Shown piece after piece: positions 33,345 to 36,450 of a stretch of DNA of 36,450 bases (position 1 is the stretch's first letter; the number at the start of each line of letters is the position of its first letter). The position numbers and the translations under genes are program-made. Under the pieces are notes generated by a model. It ran no database searches. It was given only the letters and a program-made list of their open reading frames with translations, and was not told the DNA's origin. The stretch is from contig CAXHJY010001453.1 of the NCBI GenBank assembly GCA_964016885.1, forward strand, positions 1 to 36,450, read 5' to 3'. The stretch comes from Eledone cirrhosa. Lineage: Eukaryota.

Positions 33345-33749
33345 CATTATATAATATATATATATATATATTATAAATATCTATATATATATATAAATTA
33401 TATATATATATATAAAAATTATATGTATATATATAAAAATTATATGTATATATATAAAAATTATATATATATATATGAAAATTATATATATATATATATA
33501 AAAATTATATATATATATATAAAAATTATTTATATATATATATATAAAAATTATTTATATATATATAAAAATTATTTATATATATATATATATAAAAATT
33601 ATTTATATATATATAAAAATTATTTATATATATATATATATAAAAATTATTTATATATATATAAAAATTATATATATATATATAAAAATTATATATATAT
33701 ATATATAAAAATTATATATATATATATAAAAATTATATATATATATATA

Positions 33750-33827
<78 letters not shown>

Positions 33828-33830
33828 TAA
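33345..33830. repeat. [AAAAATTAT(T)(TA)n] minisatellite
   Basis: More than 15 units of TAAAAATTAT separated by (AT)n. Confidence 0.93.
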
Positions 33831-34242
33831 AAGTCAAATGTATATATAGTCATATATATATACACATATCCAACATATGTATATGACATATGTACGTAAA
33901 TAAATATTTATTTAATATGCCACCTAGAGTTAATTTTTCCGTGCAGTAAATCATGGACGAAGGACGAGCAACAGATAAGAACATACACGCACACCTACAC
34001 AGAGAATTCACGTTTAGAAGTTGAAAATAGAAAAGAGAAACCAAACTTTGAAAAAAATGAACGTATCAGGCAAAATTAGAATAAAGAGGAAAAGGAATAT
34101 TCTCTTTTAAGAAAGAAAAAAAAAGCATTTCACCATGAGACAATCAAAGACACGAAACAACACAAAGGGAATGTAAGAGTGCATATATATACTCTTATGA
34201 AGATTTACATGCAAACAAACATACATAGATTCACGCTATTTC

Positions 34243-36450
<2,208 letters not shown>

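Overview
Extremely AT-rich animal non-coding DNA. Roughly half of it is interrupted (TA)n microsatellite, and the SINEs resemble, from memory, those of octopod cephalopods. I see no host protein-coding gene, and the long I/Y-rich ORFs are microsatellite artefacts. The non-microsatellite islands are mostly retroelement debris: tRNA-derived SINEs, CR1-group LINE pieces, RTE-clade LINE pieces, an R4/Dong-like 3' end in (TAA)n, a MITE and a tRNA-Phe pseudogene. The main hidden signal is a set of fold-back elements sitting in (TA)n at 12444, 18244, 26395-28194 and 32698. In the first three, both arms carry a minimal type-I hammerhead ribozyme (stem I, CUGANGA, long stem II, GAAA, palindromic stem III, AUA); the fourth has a degenerate core. 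All four share an unpaired tail with a conserved ACTC...TGTNGAGT hairpin. A further hammerhead lies at about 19720. This looks like a family of non-autonomous Penelope-like/retrozyme-like ribozyme elements with sense and antisense ribozymes in one hairpin.
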